Shown: piece after piece, positions 46,801 through 59,963 of the stretch
Position numbering within the stretch: the stretch's first letter is position 1
How the letters are laid out: each line of letters starts with the position of its first letter
NCBI GenBank assembly: GCA_030141605.1
Contig: JAQGDQ010000220.1
Location: 287,786-351,785 of the forward strand
Origin: Tubiluchus corallicola
Taxonomy: Eukaryota; Animalia; Priapulida
Length of the DNA stretch: 64,000 bases
Direction: 5' to 3'
Made by a program: the position numbers and the translations under genes
Notes under the pieces: model-generated
What the model was told of the DNA's origin: nothing
Databases searched by the model: none
Seen by the model: only the letters and a program-made list of their open reading frames with translations

Positions 46801-47321
46801 TGCACGTAAAGTTTATTTTTCAAACACAGTACTTGAAATTGAGACAGCAAATTATATTACATTAGGCAAAAAAATTACTTAAAGAAACATTAAACAAAAC
46901 ACAACATGTAACGTTTGTGCCTGTTCGAAATCCTTGTACACCGTGGTGTAGCATGTCGCCACACCTTGTACTGTTTTGCCATGTATCATAGTGCCTCTGC
47001 TTCATTTACCTTTGCTACACTGTCTCGTTATATTTATAGTCCTTGGGGCATTTGTAAGATTTTCCGCCTCTGGCGAGACAGTACATAAAGAGACAGTATG
47101 CAGCACAGTGATACACACCAAAGCAGTATAAGTTGAGGCGGTACATGGTGATGTCAAGGAAACGTGAATATACCACCTATTATATTATTACAACAGAAAT
47201 CTTTTACTGAATAATAAAGTTACATTTACATTAATGCATATTACAATATAACGATCAAACCGAAAATAAATAAATTAATTAAGCACAACAAGTCTCTACC
47301 TTTTTGCAGGGTATCACGCAT
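25809..47321 (-). CDS. HELQ: Helicase POLQ-like (HELQ/HEL308), 18 coding exons, about 1008 aa
   Basis: Exons: 47300-47321 (tentative), 44642-45268, 42561-42739, 41875-42075, 41082-41157, 38848-38945, 38627-38734, 37304-37522, 35417-35583, 34797-34938, 33670-33774, 32807-32996, 32212-32369, 30998-31096, 29175-29348, 28520-28633, 27383-27517, 25809-26021. All GT-AG and in phase. Motifs: [79 protein letters not shown]. No polymerase domain follows, so HELQ rather than POLQ. Confidence 0.95.
33108..33596 (+). mobile_element. MITE family B (TTAAAGCACAAGAAAA terminus, Kolobok-like), representative copy
   Basis: The same terminus and body occur at about 37742 (+) and in reverse ending near 32173, 41718, 42152, 52233 and 59321. 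Confidence 0.75.
34049..34598. mobile_element. Uninterrupted copy of the Kolobok-like MITE seen at 23592-24868
   Basis: Shares TTTTAATTTACAGTCCAAAATATA, CACAGTTTGTGCAAT..TAGGCATC and the TGGTTTTCCTTTAA end. Confidence 0.75.
35714..36273. mobile_element. Tc1/mariner-type MITE nested in a hAT-like MITE
   Basis: TA-CAGGCGAACCTCGTTATA...TATAACAAGGTTTGACTG-TA. The flanks join into the element TAGAGGTG(35612)...CACCTCTA(36506). Confidence 0.7.
39000..39362 (+). mobile_element. MITE family A, copy 3
   Basis: GATCGTGAAAAGGT...GACGGTTGTAATTAAGA...AACTGTGAAAAGGC. Confidence 0.8.
45493..45801. mobile_element. PIF/Harbinger-type MITE
   Basis: TIR CGGCATGTTCAGA...TCTGAACATGCCG with TTA duplicated on both sides. 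Confidence 0.85.
46110..46380 (+). mobile_element. tRNA-derived SINE
   Basis: A-box TAGTCTAATGG, B-box GTTCGATAC, central GGGTCATACCAAAGTCTTTAAAATTGGTA block, AAATAAA and an (ATT)n tail. Confidence 0.8.
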
Positions 47322-47469
47322 TGTTGTATAAAATATCAATGAAAAAATACAGTTTCAATAACAGATTTACGATTAAGATCAGGCTAAAAGTTTAAAGTTT
47401 GGAAAATTGAGTTTATCACAAATGAGAGTACTCAAGTTCCGCTATAGTAAGTATATAGGACACTGATAT

Positions 47470-47920
47470 GATAGCCATTTTATGCAAAACAATCATAAGA
47501 CCAATATTAGACTATGGTGATGTAATTTGGTGTCCGCCCAAACATCAAGCAGTGCGCAAAGGTAGAATCTATTCAACGGAAAGTCACCAAGTTAGTACCA
47601 TCAGTCAAAGATCTACCATATGCAGAGAGAATGCAGACTAAATTTACCATCCCTATGTTTCAGAAGAAAAAGAGGTGACCAAGTCATGCTATATCGTATA
47701 TACAACAACCTTACAAGAATTGACAGCAGAAAATATTTTTCAGTTAATCCACATGGATTACAAACCCCAGGTGAAGAAAACAAGAATACATTCACTTTCA
47801 GAATGATAAATGATTGGAACTTCCTCACCACATTGATATGGAGCACCACATCAGCAGATCAATTCAAGAACAAACATTAGATATGTATCGGGAAGACCAT
47901 CCAATGAAGTTCCACGATCC
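47470..47920 (+). mobile_element. CR1-like LINE ORF2 3' fragment
   Basis: IIRPILDYGDVIWCP..VESIQRKVTK..LNLPSL..RRKRGD..RMINDWN..FKNK, with frameshifts. Confidence 0.8.
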
Positions 47921-48465
47921 GGTCCAGCCGGAATCAATTCAATTTCATTTTATTGCACAAATACAATAGTGTACCAAGGCAAAAAATTAAAATTACAAAA
48001 AAAATTAAAGTACAAGAACGATTTCAAAATATAACAAATACAATTATGCAATAGAATGCAAGACTCGACTCTAAACGTTTCGTTCCAGTTTATCATAAAT
48101 CAACACATCTAACCCATTCGCCATACCACCACTGACCTTGCTTCCTCACTATACAATGACAACTGGCCTCTAGGCGGCACTTCCACTTCAGAGAGACAAC
48201 ATAAATATAAAACGGGAGAGAAAAAACCTGTGATAAAATAATTAAGAGAGGCTTATCAAGAGAGACAACTATGGGCAAAAAGCCTGCTTATATGCTTCGC
48301 CCTGTCGATCTACGGTAACATATAAATTTAATTAATAATTTTTTGCCAGCGCAACATTCTACTGCTATTGCTATAAATTAGTATAATTTAATTATTTATT
48401 ATAATATAAATACAAGTAAAGAAATTTTAGTCTTTACTTTAATGTCCCATTCCGTCTGTTGTAGA

Positions 48466-49410
48466 TGTTGGGAGCCGTTTGGACCACTGCGCCAAGTAGA
48501 CCAATTGGTCTACTTGGGCTAGCCCAAGTAGACCGGGGTCTACATGGGCTAGCCCAAGTAGGACACTAGAGACAGGTCGTGAATTCAGTCGTTAAGTGTA
48601 CTGACACCGTCCGTTGTGCTTGTTTATGTAATAATAATAATTAAAAACGTTAATACACGTTGAATAATTTATTATACATCTAATAAAATAAAAGAATTTT
48701 ATTCTGAGCTGGTAGAACGGACAATATTAAGTTTGGTTTCCATATTAATGTTGTTGAAGTGAAAAACCCCCACTTTTTTGCGAATTCAACATTTGTTTAA
48801 GGTATATCATTTTTGATTTTGTCTCACTTCACAAACAGGTGATCCGTTTCACTACCTCTTGGGCAAATAATTGTTTTCTTATAAGTAAACGTTCTAGCGA
48901 TCTATGTGTCCTACATGGGCTAGCGAGCCATGTAGGACAGTGCCCTACATGTTACAATACTACTGATAATATTAAAACTAATTATCCTTGCTTTTCTTAA
49001 ATGTTAAAAATTACTTTTTGGTGTTGTGAAGGCTTAGCAGCATCTGTCTGTCTGTTAAATTTGCAATTATTTCTGTAATAACTGTGTGCAGAATTTCTCT
49101 CTTTAAAGCATTAGATACTAGGTTTAATTATATGATATATTAATGGAGTTAATCATAATGATGAAATTATTGTAAGAAATGCATTTGTAAATTGCCAAGG
49201 AATATCCATTTCTAAAAGAAATTTTGTTTTATGCTTTATTATGTCATAACAATACTTATAAACAATGGTAATATAAACTGGAAACAAGTTTTGCCAGAGC
49301 AAGTTTCTCGACAAAAATCGCTAGTGTCCTACTTGGGCTGCCCATGTAGGACACTACTTTTAGCGCATCAAGTGGTCTACTTGGCGCAGTGGTCCAAACG
49401 GCTCCCAACA
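48466..49410. mobile_element. 945-bp non-autonomous DNA transposon with 38-bp perfect TIRs (TGTT...AACA) and 5-bp TSD
   Basis: TGTTGGGAGCCGTTTGGACCACTGCGCCAAGTAGACCA and its exact reverse complement, with GTAGA on both sides (48461-48465, 49411-49415). Confidence 0.92.
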
Positions 49411-50837
49411 GTAGACACTGAGTTTAGTAATAATTTAACATTCAGACATTAAATTTTAACACTTCATTTTCATTAATTTAACTTAGTCATTTAACATACT
49501 AGTTTGTGATAACTTTCATTTTCAAAAACACACAATTTGCGCAATATGGTCAACTTTCAAGGAAGGGTTTTTATTCTTTAAACGCCTTTGAAGATGTCCC
49601 ATATGTCAAAGAACGTTACTTGCACAATCGCGAAAACTGTGCACAATTCGGAGGATCTAGTTTATTAATTTTTCCAGCCTTCTATTATAAGTATGCTAAA
49701 ATCTTTAGTGATTAATATTGTGCAAGAATTGGACATCTAAAATAAAGAAGGCCGTTGAAGTCTGCCATTTAAATAAAAGTATGCCTGTGAAAAGTTAATA
49801 AGATTTTTTTCCTCACGCTTATGTTTTGAATATAATTGATTAAACAGGTCTTTTTTTAAAATCTAAATGTCTTAATGCGTTACGCACAGCCAAACTCTCT
49901 GCAAGCGTAGTTGTGAGCATTAGAAATGGGTGTTTCGGTTTGAAAAAGTTTTGATTATGTCCTACGCCGTTAATTGTCAGAGAAATGCTTTTGGGGATTT
50001 AGTTCTCATGTTTCTACAAATGAGAGCAGTGTTAAACACCAAAGCACTATGAATGCGCAATGTTCTTCGTTATGGGAGTGCTTAGGTTGTGGCTGGTGCA
50101 AAAGTGAATGCCTTACACTACACCTATGCTCCCAAGTAGTCACAAGGCAGTTCGTATTTTAGAATGTTTCATCTGCTCTGCATATAATCTTTTGTAGCCA
50201 CAGAATTTTTGTCTTTGCACACTATTTTGTAACACTTTTGTTGTGCTGTAATTGTCTTGTCTTGTCTTGTGCAACAGCCACATGCTGCAAGAACAGTGCA
50301 GTGTAGAAATGTGTATTAGAGTTAGTAAATTTGGTGGAGAAAGCATGTAGTAAACAAGTGTGAGTCACACAAAGTTGGACTGGTAGTGGAAGGTAAGCAG
50401 GTAGGCATGGTGCAGACTGAAATCTCCAGGTGTGCTTAAAACAGAGAGGGAAGATGGAGACAATCCTTGAAACCCTCCAATGACGGAGTTTCAATGACAG
50501 CAATGAGTTTCACTGCAAAATGATACAGTACATTAAACTGGTGAATTTAATACATCCAGTCTGTGAGCATCTACGCTGTACGAGATGTTATGATGCATGC
50601 ACAACCTGCTAATTTTTATTAACGAGTTTACATAATTTTTTGTTAAATAATTGTTACTGACAGAGTATCTCAATAATGCTCCATTTTTACTTCTAGGTTG
50701 CAAAATGTCACTACAAGATAGTTGATGTTTACAACAGATATGGAAGACAGTGGATTTGACAGCGACCCCAAGCAATCGAACGACATGAATGATGACGACA
50801 AAAGCAGTTGTCCTGAATCAAAGGTAGAGTTGTTTAG

Positions 50838-51581
50838 TCTGTCAAACCTCTATATACCGCCCACTTTGGGATGTGAAAAGTTGGCGTTATAGCGAGTTTA
50901 ATGTTATAATGAGGTGTGTTAAATTTTGCCATAGTCGAATCAGAAAACAGTCCTGAAGACAAGTGTACACAGGCTAGATCCTCAATTTTCACTCTAAAGG
51001 TAATGAATTAAAAGAAAATTATTAAATTAATCATTAGTGAATTAATGACTAACTCAAAATCAATCATCAAGAACATTTTGTTTACATAAAAAACATGTCT
51101 TATACTCGACTATATACATGTAATAGGCTGTAGGCCAACTGCTTCATTAATCATGTATAAGTAAAAAAAATAAAGTCATAACTACAAATTTCTTGTTGGG
51201 ATTTGCTTGAGTGACTCTTAGAAAACAAGTAAATTTCACCTTTCTCGTGGCGAAGAAAGAAACACGTGTTTTCTTGTCAGTTGTTACTGACAATCAAAAT
51301 ATGCAGATGTCATACATTATTTTACACAACACGTGACGTCTGGTCAGTGTCAGTGATTCGGCGGAGCATATAGCAGCCTCCTTCTGTGGGCATTATATCA
51401 AGAAGTTGCTGGCGTTAGTTGAAACACTTGAGACTGCTGGCGGTATTTCCCCATTGAACACATATATTAATTTGCTTGGCAGATGGCGAGTTTTTTTTAT
51501 ATAAAGTTGAACAGAGCGTTGCGTTCCTGGCCATTTTGCAGGCAGCAAACATGTTTGGCAGTGTGACGGGGTTTGACTGTA
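50838..51581. mobile_element. Tc1/mariner-type MITE
   Basis: CTGTCAAACCTCTATATACCGCC...GGGGTTTGACTGTA degenerate TIRs, similar to those at 35714-36273. Confidence 0.55.
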
Positions 51582-52901
51582 GTGGCTATATGTAATCGTA
51601 TAATGCTCGCTCAGTAAAAAAATGTTTTGAAGTATTTGAATAGAATTACGACAAGTGGTGCTTATTTTTATTCATTGACTTTTCTCATTAGGAATATTCA
51701 ATATTCTATTCAATACTGTAAAAGTTATACTGCTAAAGGAAAAAAATGAAGGAAAGAATTTTAAAGTACAGTGTATATCCCAAAAAACTTTCGATACAAA
51801 GTTATATTACTTAGCATGGCGCTTACCGACTTGAGTAATTGGAAAAGTAAATTCTTAGTAATTTGAACTGGTGAAAGGTCACTGACTTACCATCACCCAG
51901 TTTGCACTAATCCACTAAAAAGCCTATCTTTAAACTTATTGACAATTGATGTAAAATAGTTTAAACTATTGCTTAATTAGCAAAGAACGTACTGCAAATG
52001 TACCGATGATTTTTTTCAAACTTTACGCAGTGTTATCTGAATGTGTTTCAAACGACTTGTCATAAAATGCCTGCGCATAATGGTTATCGCTGGAGTTCAA
52101 ATTTACAAGTTTTATATCAGAGTTGCTGCCAATACAAGTTCTGTGCACAATAAGACAGCATGTAAGTGATAGAGAAAATTTCAAGACGAATTTTTTTAGC
52201 TTTATGTAAGCGAAGGATTTTCTTGTGCTTTAAACAAAGACAGGTCTGTGTGAAAATGTTTTCTTGTTACCAGTTGTTATGCATTATGTGACGTTTAACC
52301 TGCGTATATATATTATCATAATAATTATCGTTCATCGTAATGTTTTAATCCGTTGTTGATTGTTTTATTTTATCTCAGCTAGAACCAACATGTCGATCTA
52401 CAGCAACACTCACAACTAAGTTTATCCTTTTCTAGCTGCTTTACTAAACTCTTTGAGACTTTATCTTTAGAACTAAATCAATAGAAACCATTTTCAGTTT
52501 AATCTCTTTAACTTTATAAAATCAAATGCAGGACCAAAAAAAGTTTTGACAAGGTATATATTCAACATTTTTGATTGCTATGCGATATGCAATGTACAAG
52601 TTTGAAGATTTTTTACTTCAATTAGATATTATGAATTTGAAAAGTAGTTAAAAATGCATAGGATATCATTTTATTTTTAGGTAAATGTTGGAGAAACAGA
52701 GGAATTACTAGACGAGTCTGTTCCTAAGATAGGATTCAAGAAAACTTCACCTCTGCAAAGCAGAATAATCGGTAAGCTACACGCATGTTTTGTATTTGTG
52801 TTCATTTAAACTGCTACCTTTATTTATTATTTTCTCAGCATTAGACACATGTAAATAGTATATTTCCACATTTTCCACATGACCATTATTGTCCAGAGTT
52901 T

Positions 52902-55900
52902 TTAACCTTTTTCGGGCTTTTCATATTTTTTTCGCAGAACTCTGCGCAATATTTTTCCACTAGCTGACTTTGGTATCTCGTCAACAAATTCAACGCCGCC
53001 TCTTAGTTGTTTATGTGGCGCCATTTTCTCTTCTACATGTTTTTCCACCTGCGTCTCCGTCAGCGCCACGTCTTGTTTTTTCACGACAAAAGCCTTCGGT
53101 AATTCCCCTGCAGTTTCATCCAGCACACCAACTACTGCAACGTCTGCGACGTGAGAATGACTGAGGATGTGCGCTTCCAGTTCCGCTGGTGCCACTTGGA
53201 AGCCTTTGAACTTGATGAGTTCCTTAACACGGTCCACTATGAAGAAGCTTCTGCAAGTCACAAAATGAAAGTTATGTTAGTGCGCAGTCAATTTGCGAGT
53301 AACAGGTGTTTCAGATTAAGCATTGGTTCCGTTTCTGTAGTTTCTGTTTCATACTGCTGCTTTAGTTTAGAAGTGAGCCTATAGGTGAAACAAGAAAGAT
53401 AGAATGGTATTAGGTACACCTGGTCTTCGGATGGAAAACTGATGCTAAATAGCTGAATAATCGAGCTAATACTGTCGTTAAAGGAAAAGTCAAGACTGTC
53501 CAAAAGTGAACCTTATTTCAGCACAGCAGGCGCTGCTTAATAGACTCACTTTGGGACAGATGTGTTTTGACCCAATTAACCGACAGATATACTATTACTA
53601 GCATAGAAGCACAAATAGTCAGCTTAATATGCACTGCAAAGGGTTTTGATGAATTTTAGAAACACTGTAAAGGCATTAGCGTATGATAAACGTTCCTGCT
53701 TACAAAAAATGGCACTTACATGATTGGTTCTACGTAAAAGTCATAAAAACTTTTTGGTCACACACAAGTGTCTTATTTTAAGCATGCGAAGCAAAAATAG
53801 TCGAGTCAATTATGCGGAGTTATTTGAGTCTATTATCGGCAGTTTTTATACACATTTGGATGGAAGATGCCCATACCAGGTGTCAACTAGGCGATACTAT
53901 TAACACATGAGTCTAATAAATGGCGTTTACAGTATTTGAGAAAAATGATAGAAAGTTTCAGCAATAAAATTGTGATAAGGGCCTCATGTAGTAAGTGCAC
54001 TCTCATTCTGATTACTGCCAGTTTGTCATGTATATTACCTTATTTATTATCCTTCCAGCTTTCAACCGCAGTTCAGTCTATTTTTCACTTTTAATTCATC
54101 AAACTAATGCACCACCTATGTCTACATGAATTGTGTGTTGAGAGACGTTGTAAACACTGGATAGTAAACACTTTTCCCATTATTAGTATTATATTCAATT
54201 CATTTAAAAGTTTTTTTACTAACTACGAAGTTGCCAATAGATGAGTAAATACATTCGAAACGATTTCAGCAGATATTGGAAATGCTTCACTGCTGTTCAG
54301 GTAACCTATTTTTTGACGTCTCCACCCGTTTAAAGTATAAAGATAAAAAAGCTGCTTACCCATCTTCACTATAGTATCCAGTATCTCCAGTGTGAAAGAA
54401 TTTGTCATTGTCAATTACCCTATCAGTTTCTGCTTGGTTATTCAAATAACCTTTCATTACTTGTGGTCCACGAATAAGAATTTCGCCTTCAGTGTTGGGT
54501 CCCAGTGGTTCACCAGTTTCAATGTCTATAACCTGTAGACATGAGATATTGTGTTTGCATACAGTAGAGTACTGTGTCCTGAATATCCTTGCTTAACTCT
54601 TGCTTCCCTATAGTTGCTGGCGATTTACTTAAATTTTGCCATCCATTTTTTGGTTTAATGTCGATTGACGATTGTTTCACTCAGTGGCAAATCTTTATTT
54701 TACTTATTAGTGTTTAAAACCACCTGAAACTGTTTCTCTTATATTAGCAACTGTATTATAATAATTATTTCAAAGCCATCACTAGAATAAGCCTTTCGCC
54801 TATAATTATTTTTTATTTAATTCGCATTTACGCTGCTGTCGTAAGACACAATCTGTAATACTGTATAAAATAGAGCAGAAAAATCTCGCTTATACACATT
54901 AAAACCAAAATACATAAAAAGACAAAGAGATCAAAAGCTAACACAGTTAGTAGATATTTTTTTCTTTTTGTAACTAACTTAAGCTACATTAATGCAATGC
55001 CAGAAGTCTTTAGTAAGCTAACAGCCTAAGCGTAACTGACAATTGGCATGCTTGTTTGCTGTGTTGGTTGTCAACATTAAAATGAATGTTGCTAGCTCAT
55101 TACTTAGTCCATATTTGCAGGTGCTGGCACATAGATTCATGGTTGTTTGAACATGGCTAAAGCAATACAGCCAAAACACTAAAATAAAGATGATTTCAAA
55201 ACTAGCCAGGGCACTTGCCTTTAGTGTAGCACTAGCCTATCAGGAATGTCACATATTGTGAACCGAGTGAAATTTTAAGAAATGATGCACAGCTGCTAAA
55301 TAGCAACAATATCATTATTGTTAAATAAAGTGCTGAACCCAGTAAAAGAGTTTCAATTGCAGTGTAGCTGCAATAAATTGAGACAAATTTCTGAAATTTC
55401 AATGCACAAAGTCACAGGCTTGAAGATATAAATACAGTAAAGGTCTTTCGTAATGGTACAAATGCATAGCAGCAAAAACAGTTATGCCGGGCCTTTTGTA
55501 GGACATAATGCAAATGCACGGGTACGTTACACAGACATATCCTAGTAATACTTGACTCGTATATAAATCAAACGTTTTATATATTTTCAGTTGATCACAT
55601 TTATATCTTATTCTTTATTAGACACCAGAAAGTCATTTTTATTGTGCCAAAACATTGCAATAAACATGTTTTGAAATTTAGCATGGGCGCTTGCCTTTTT
55701 GTTCACTATTAAGTCGAAATTTCCAAAGAAATTTTCGGATTGATTTTACTTTGAATTTGTCCTGCAGATCTGTGCGCCTGACAGAAAAAGCAGGAAAATT
55801 GTCTTTTAACATTTTTTTGTTTCATTGGGCTCCTTTCGTTGGACTTAATTGATTGAGAATTCTTGACAAGAGGTGATTCTTACTGCTGAAGGCTCTGTTG

Positions 55901-58800
55901 TTTCTCCCGACGCTAATTTAAAAATAATTTGGTCAGTACGTGAATTTGAAGCACTGTCACTCATGCAGTACCAACCCTGTTGTGCAAGTAGTGTTTATTT
56001 TTCACTCAGCATGTGTCGTGCTTAAAAACTGTGTACCATATTCTTGAATGTAATAGTGTATGTGTTTATAAATGTAGAATTAGATGATGATCATCATTCA
56101 TGCTTCCAGCTATTCTATTTAATTCATAGTTTTTTCGGTTCTTTTACTTTATAGAAAATTTAAATAATTTAATTAGATGTTTGTTTCATTGTACACAATA
56201 TTAAAACAATGGTAAAAGTTTTCTGAAGCAGCACCATTCTTAGCTCCGAGCCGCCGCTGGTACTGAATATGTTTTCAATTACAGTATAGTTAGTTGATCT
56301 ACATTTAGTCAAAGTGTATAAGCATTTTTAGTACGGATGTGATTTTTAATTTCGACTAAATTGTCATTATGTTTTGTTTGAAAACATTTTTAAAATGCTT
56401 TTTAATTCTCCGTGCCATGCCATGGTAATCAGACAAAATCATTTTTAACAAAGACTAAGCACAAGGCTTAACACAAAAAAAATATATGAAAACTACCTTT
56501 GCCTCTGTGTTTGGCACTAAATGTCCCACTGATCCGTGCATTGTCTGTTCGTCTGGAACAACCATGGCTCCCGGACTGAGTTCTGTGAGACCGTAACCTT
56601 GCTGGATGGAATCGAGTGTTGGAATCCTTTGGTGTAGCATTTCACTAACTTGACTACCTAATAAATATTTTGTGCTTTTAAAAATAAGTCCTGATTACCG
56701 GACATTGCGAATGTTACGCTGTAGGAGATACATATTACTGAAAGCTCTCATTACTGTGTATTAATGCTTACTATGTATTAATCAGCTGGTTTTCACTTTG
56801 CGTGTTTCTCCTTTGACCAAGATCAGTTGGGATGCACTGGCTTACAAGTGCTTTTTCTATTATCAAATTACAAGGATCAAATAGACCGCGGTCCATTACT
56901 ACATCTTCTGAATTAGCATCTCATCTTACAGTATTATCTTTGGTAGTAAGATAATATCCGCAATTATCAATACTATATAATAGGCCTTGATGCTGAATCA
57001 GCAGTTCTTGGTTTCATTACAGGTGGATATAGATCAGAGATGTCAGCAAATCTCTTGCAGCAATTCTCAGATTGAATTCCAAGTCAATGGCATCAAGTCT
57101 CATGTCAAGTTGCAAGTCTTTAACATCAAGTCTGAAATCGAGTTTCAAGTCTTTACTGCTCAGCAAGTCTGAAGCCAAATCCCAAGTTTTCAATTCAAGT
57201 CCCACGTCAAATCTCAAATCTAATATTGCCATAAGAATTCTGAGTTTGTAACTTAAATCTAGGAACAGAACAAATTGAATAACTACTGGTTCAATTTCAG
57301 ATTTTCTAATTTGCAGCTAAAACTAAAACTGTTTGATGCAGTAAACCATCAACGACTTGAATCAAATCACTTGGTTGAGTTTCAAGTCAAGTCCAAGTCT
57401 TTCAATTTTGTAACTCGAGTCCAAAAGTCACCGACCCTGATACTCTTGCAATAGGCATGCTATAAAAAATGACTAAAGAAATAAAAAATATGGAGGGTAA
57501 AAAGAAAGGCTTATTTGAAATGCCTCCCATGAAGAAGACTAACAAAAAATGGAGTATCACATCCAGCCCATTACCAGATACTGCACAACTAAGTTAAATT
57601 ACATGTATAAATGGATACCTAATGGAGCTGCTCCAGAATACATTGCTTTTAAGGATGAAAGGTCGTACTTGTCCACTAAGGGATGCTTCAGCAAAAACTG
57701 CACAATAGGTGGCACCACATGTGCATGAGTGATTCTGTATTTCTGTATTGTTTCAAGGAAAGTCTCTGGTTGAAACTGCGGCAACATGTACATACTGGCT
57801 CCGGAATAAATTGTGCACAACTGTACAAAAGCTCCAAATATGTGGAACATTGGAAGCAACCCCATGTAGCGATTCTCACTTCTGAAGTTCCACACACTGG
57901 GAGAGGTAATTTGGCATATATTTGCGATGAGGTTATGATGAGTAAGCATTACTCCTTTTGGAAGTCCAGTCGTGCCCGAGGAATATGGAAGTATGGCCAC
58001 ATCATTCACCGGATCTAATTCTTCATCAAGTTGCACTTCAGCTTCACTGTCGGCCATTAAAGTCTGAAATGGCCTGCACTCCTGGACGTCATCAAAACAG
58101 TAGACCTTCCCCTTCAGACCGGATATTTCTTCTGCTACTTCTGCAACATGATTGTGTGCACCTTTGGCTGTAATGATGTATTTTGCATTTGAGTCTATCA
58201 GCTGTTTCATTATTTCTTCTGGTTTGTAGGCTGGATTGACAGTAGTGACTACCCCGCCAATGGCAGGAGCTGCCAAAAGTGGAATAACATATTCTGCACA
58301 GTTTGTGCTACAGATTGCTAGGGTGTCACCTCTTTTGAAACCCGACAACTTTAAGCCATGTGCAAATTTTTTAACCATAGAGTTTAGCTCGGAGTAGTTA
58401 TACGTTTTTCCGGTCAACGCGTCGACTAAAGCTGTCAAATTACCATGTTTTTTGCAGTTTTGGAGAACAAATTTTGGCATAGATATGTTGTATGGTATCT
58501 CAACGTCCTGGTGTAGGCTGTACAGTATTCCTTTTTCGTTCATTGTGTACGAAGACATCTGAAAAAAGTTGCATCAAACATGTTGAAAACACAGCCACAA
58601 ACACGTTAACTTTTTCTTTTTATGAGATTAAGCTGTTTCAATTAATTTTTCTATGCAAATGAAAATAGTTACTGTAAATGTTAAATTCTTACCTCATGCC
58701 ATAATCTCCATTTTTGCCATTGTCTGTTGAAATATACTTGCTTCAGACTGTGTGGCTTGGAGAGCCCTGAACTCAGGAGCACAGAAAAAGCTGATCTCAT
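52902..58800 (-). CDS. 4-coumarate:CoA ligase-like / firefly luciferase-like acyl-CoA synthetase (ANL superfamily)
   Basis: Exons: 58693-58800 (putative leader), 57619-58558, 56497-56657, 54360-54532, 52902-53250, all GT-AG and in phase. 540 aa from ATG 58558, or 576 aa with the leader. Motifs: YSSGTTGLPKGV, LPMFHIFG, SGAAPL, QGYGLTE, RGPQVMKGY, FHTGD, VDRVKELIK, PKSASGKILRR. Confidence 0.93.
57040..57440. repeat. CAAGTC-rich degenerate repeat (MITE remnant)
   Basis: Recurrent CAAGTC/CAAGTCT motifs. It produces the spurious DL-rich ORF at 57017-57232. Confidence 0.55.
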
Positions 58801-59953
58801 TGTAGCAATCTCAGGTAACACCACGGTATGTGAATAAATCCTTTGGGTTGCTGTAACACAACCAATATGCCAAAAGTGCTCCTTCAATTAATTAAAGTTG
58901 ATGTTTCACTATGTTAATACTTTGCGTACAAAGTTATATTACTTAACATTATGCTTAAATGTGTCTGAAAAGCTTTGTAATTACAAATGAAAATCTTAAT
59001 AATTTAAAATGTTTGCACGAAGTATCAAAACGGCACTGCATTGCCATCCTAGTGTGCTTACCAAAAAATACATTATTGATCTTATAGACAAGGTACACCA
59101 ATTGTTAGTTAGCGAACTTTATGTAATAATATCTAGACTTGTTTCAAATGACTTACTGTTAAAATGGCTGTGCCTAACTGTCATCACTGGAGTTTAAATT
59201 TACAAGTTTTATACAGCATTACTGCTAATAGCTCTGTATGCAATAAGACTGTATTTAAGTGATATAAAACTTTAGGACGAATTTTTTAAGTATTTATGAA
59301 GAGTACTTTATTGTGCTTTAATAACATTAGTGATTTGATGTCACCTCATGATGAAAGCTTGTATTTTGTGCAGCTGTGATTCAAAAACGAATCTGTTCGA
59401 TCTATTGTCCCATTTGTTAATATATATGTGAGGATAAGCTGCTCCCACATTATTTTCCCATGTTAGCTAAATGAAATGTTTTTGTGATTGGTGTCTATGA
59501 ATAAATTTGCCTTGCCGTAATTAGCTTGCATTTGTCCGTCGTTCAATACTGCAAATCTGCTTACCTTGCCAACCGCTACTGTACAGACAGTATGCATGTG
59601 AATTAGCCCTTACAAGTTTACGTAAGTTTTTTTCATATCTGTATAATATAAAACTGATTTATAATAATTACTCTAACTTATAGTTTGACCATAAAGTTAT
59701 TTGCAAAGTCAGGATGTGTACTAGTTGCGCGCAAGAGACTAGCGTGCACAAGTCACATTTACAGTTACTGCATATTTAAAACAACCTTTATTTCTCTAAT
59801 TAATATCGTAATTACCCCAATTCTAGGCTGATATCATCCAAAACTAAACTGTCGCAGCACCACTATTATTAAAGTAAACAGTAAACATTTCTTAGTGCTA
59901 TTAAACCGCTGAGGTTTACTATACACACATTGCAGTGGGCCTACTGTACTTTA

Positions 59954-59963
59954 CGCATGCGCA
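59954..59963. promoter_or_regulatory. NRF1/Ewg-like motif in a probable bidirectional promoter
   Basis: CGCATGCGCA in a locally GC/CpG-richer patch between two divergent genes. Confidence 0.35.

Noticed and set aside
49974-50560. Possible decayed MULE/SWIM transposase (CSCSMW) on the minus strand
   Set aside because: Only a short motif in broken frames; not enough to support a call.
52902-58558. A true bioluminescent luciferase
   Set aside because: Only family-level motifs are present. GYGLTELSPG and HHNLIAN look like ordinary 4CL-like acyl-CoA synthetases rather than firefly GYGLTETTSA. Activity cannot be read from sequence.
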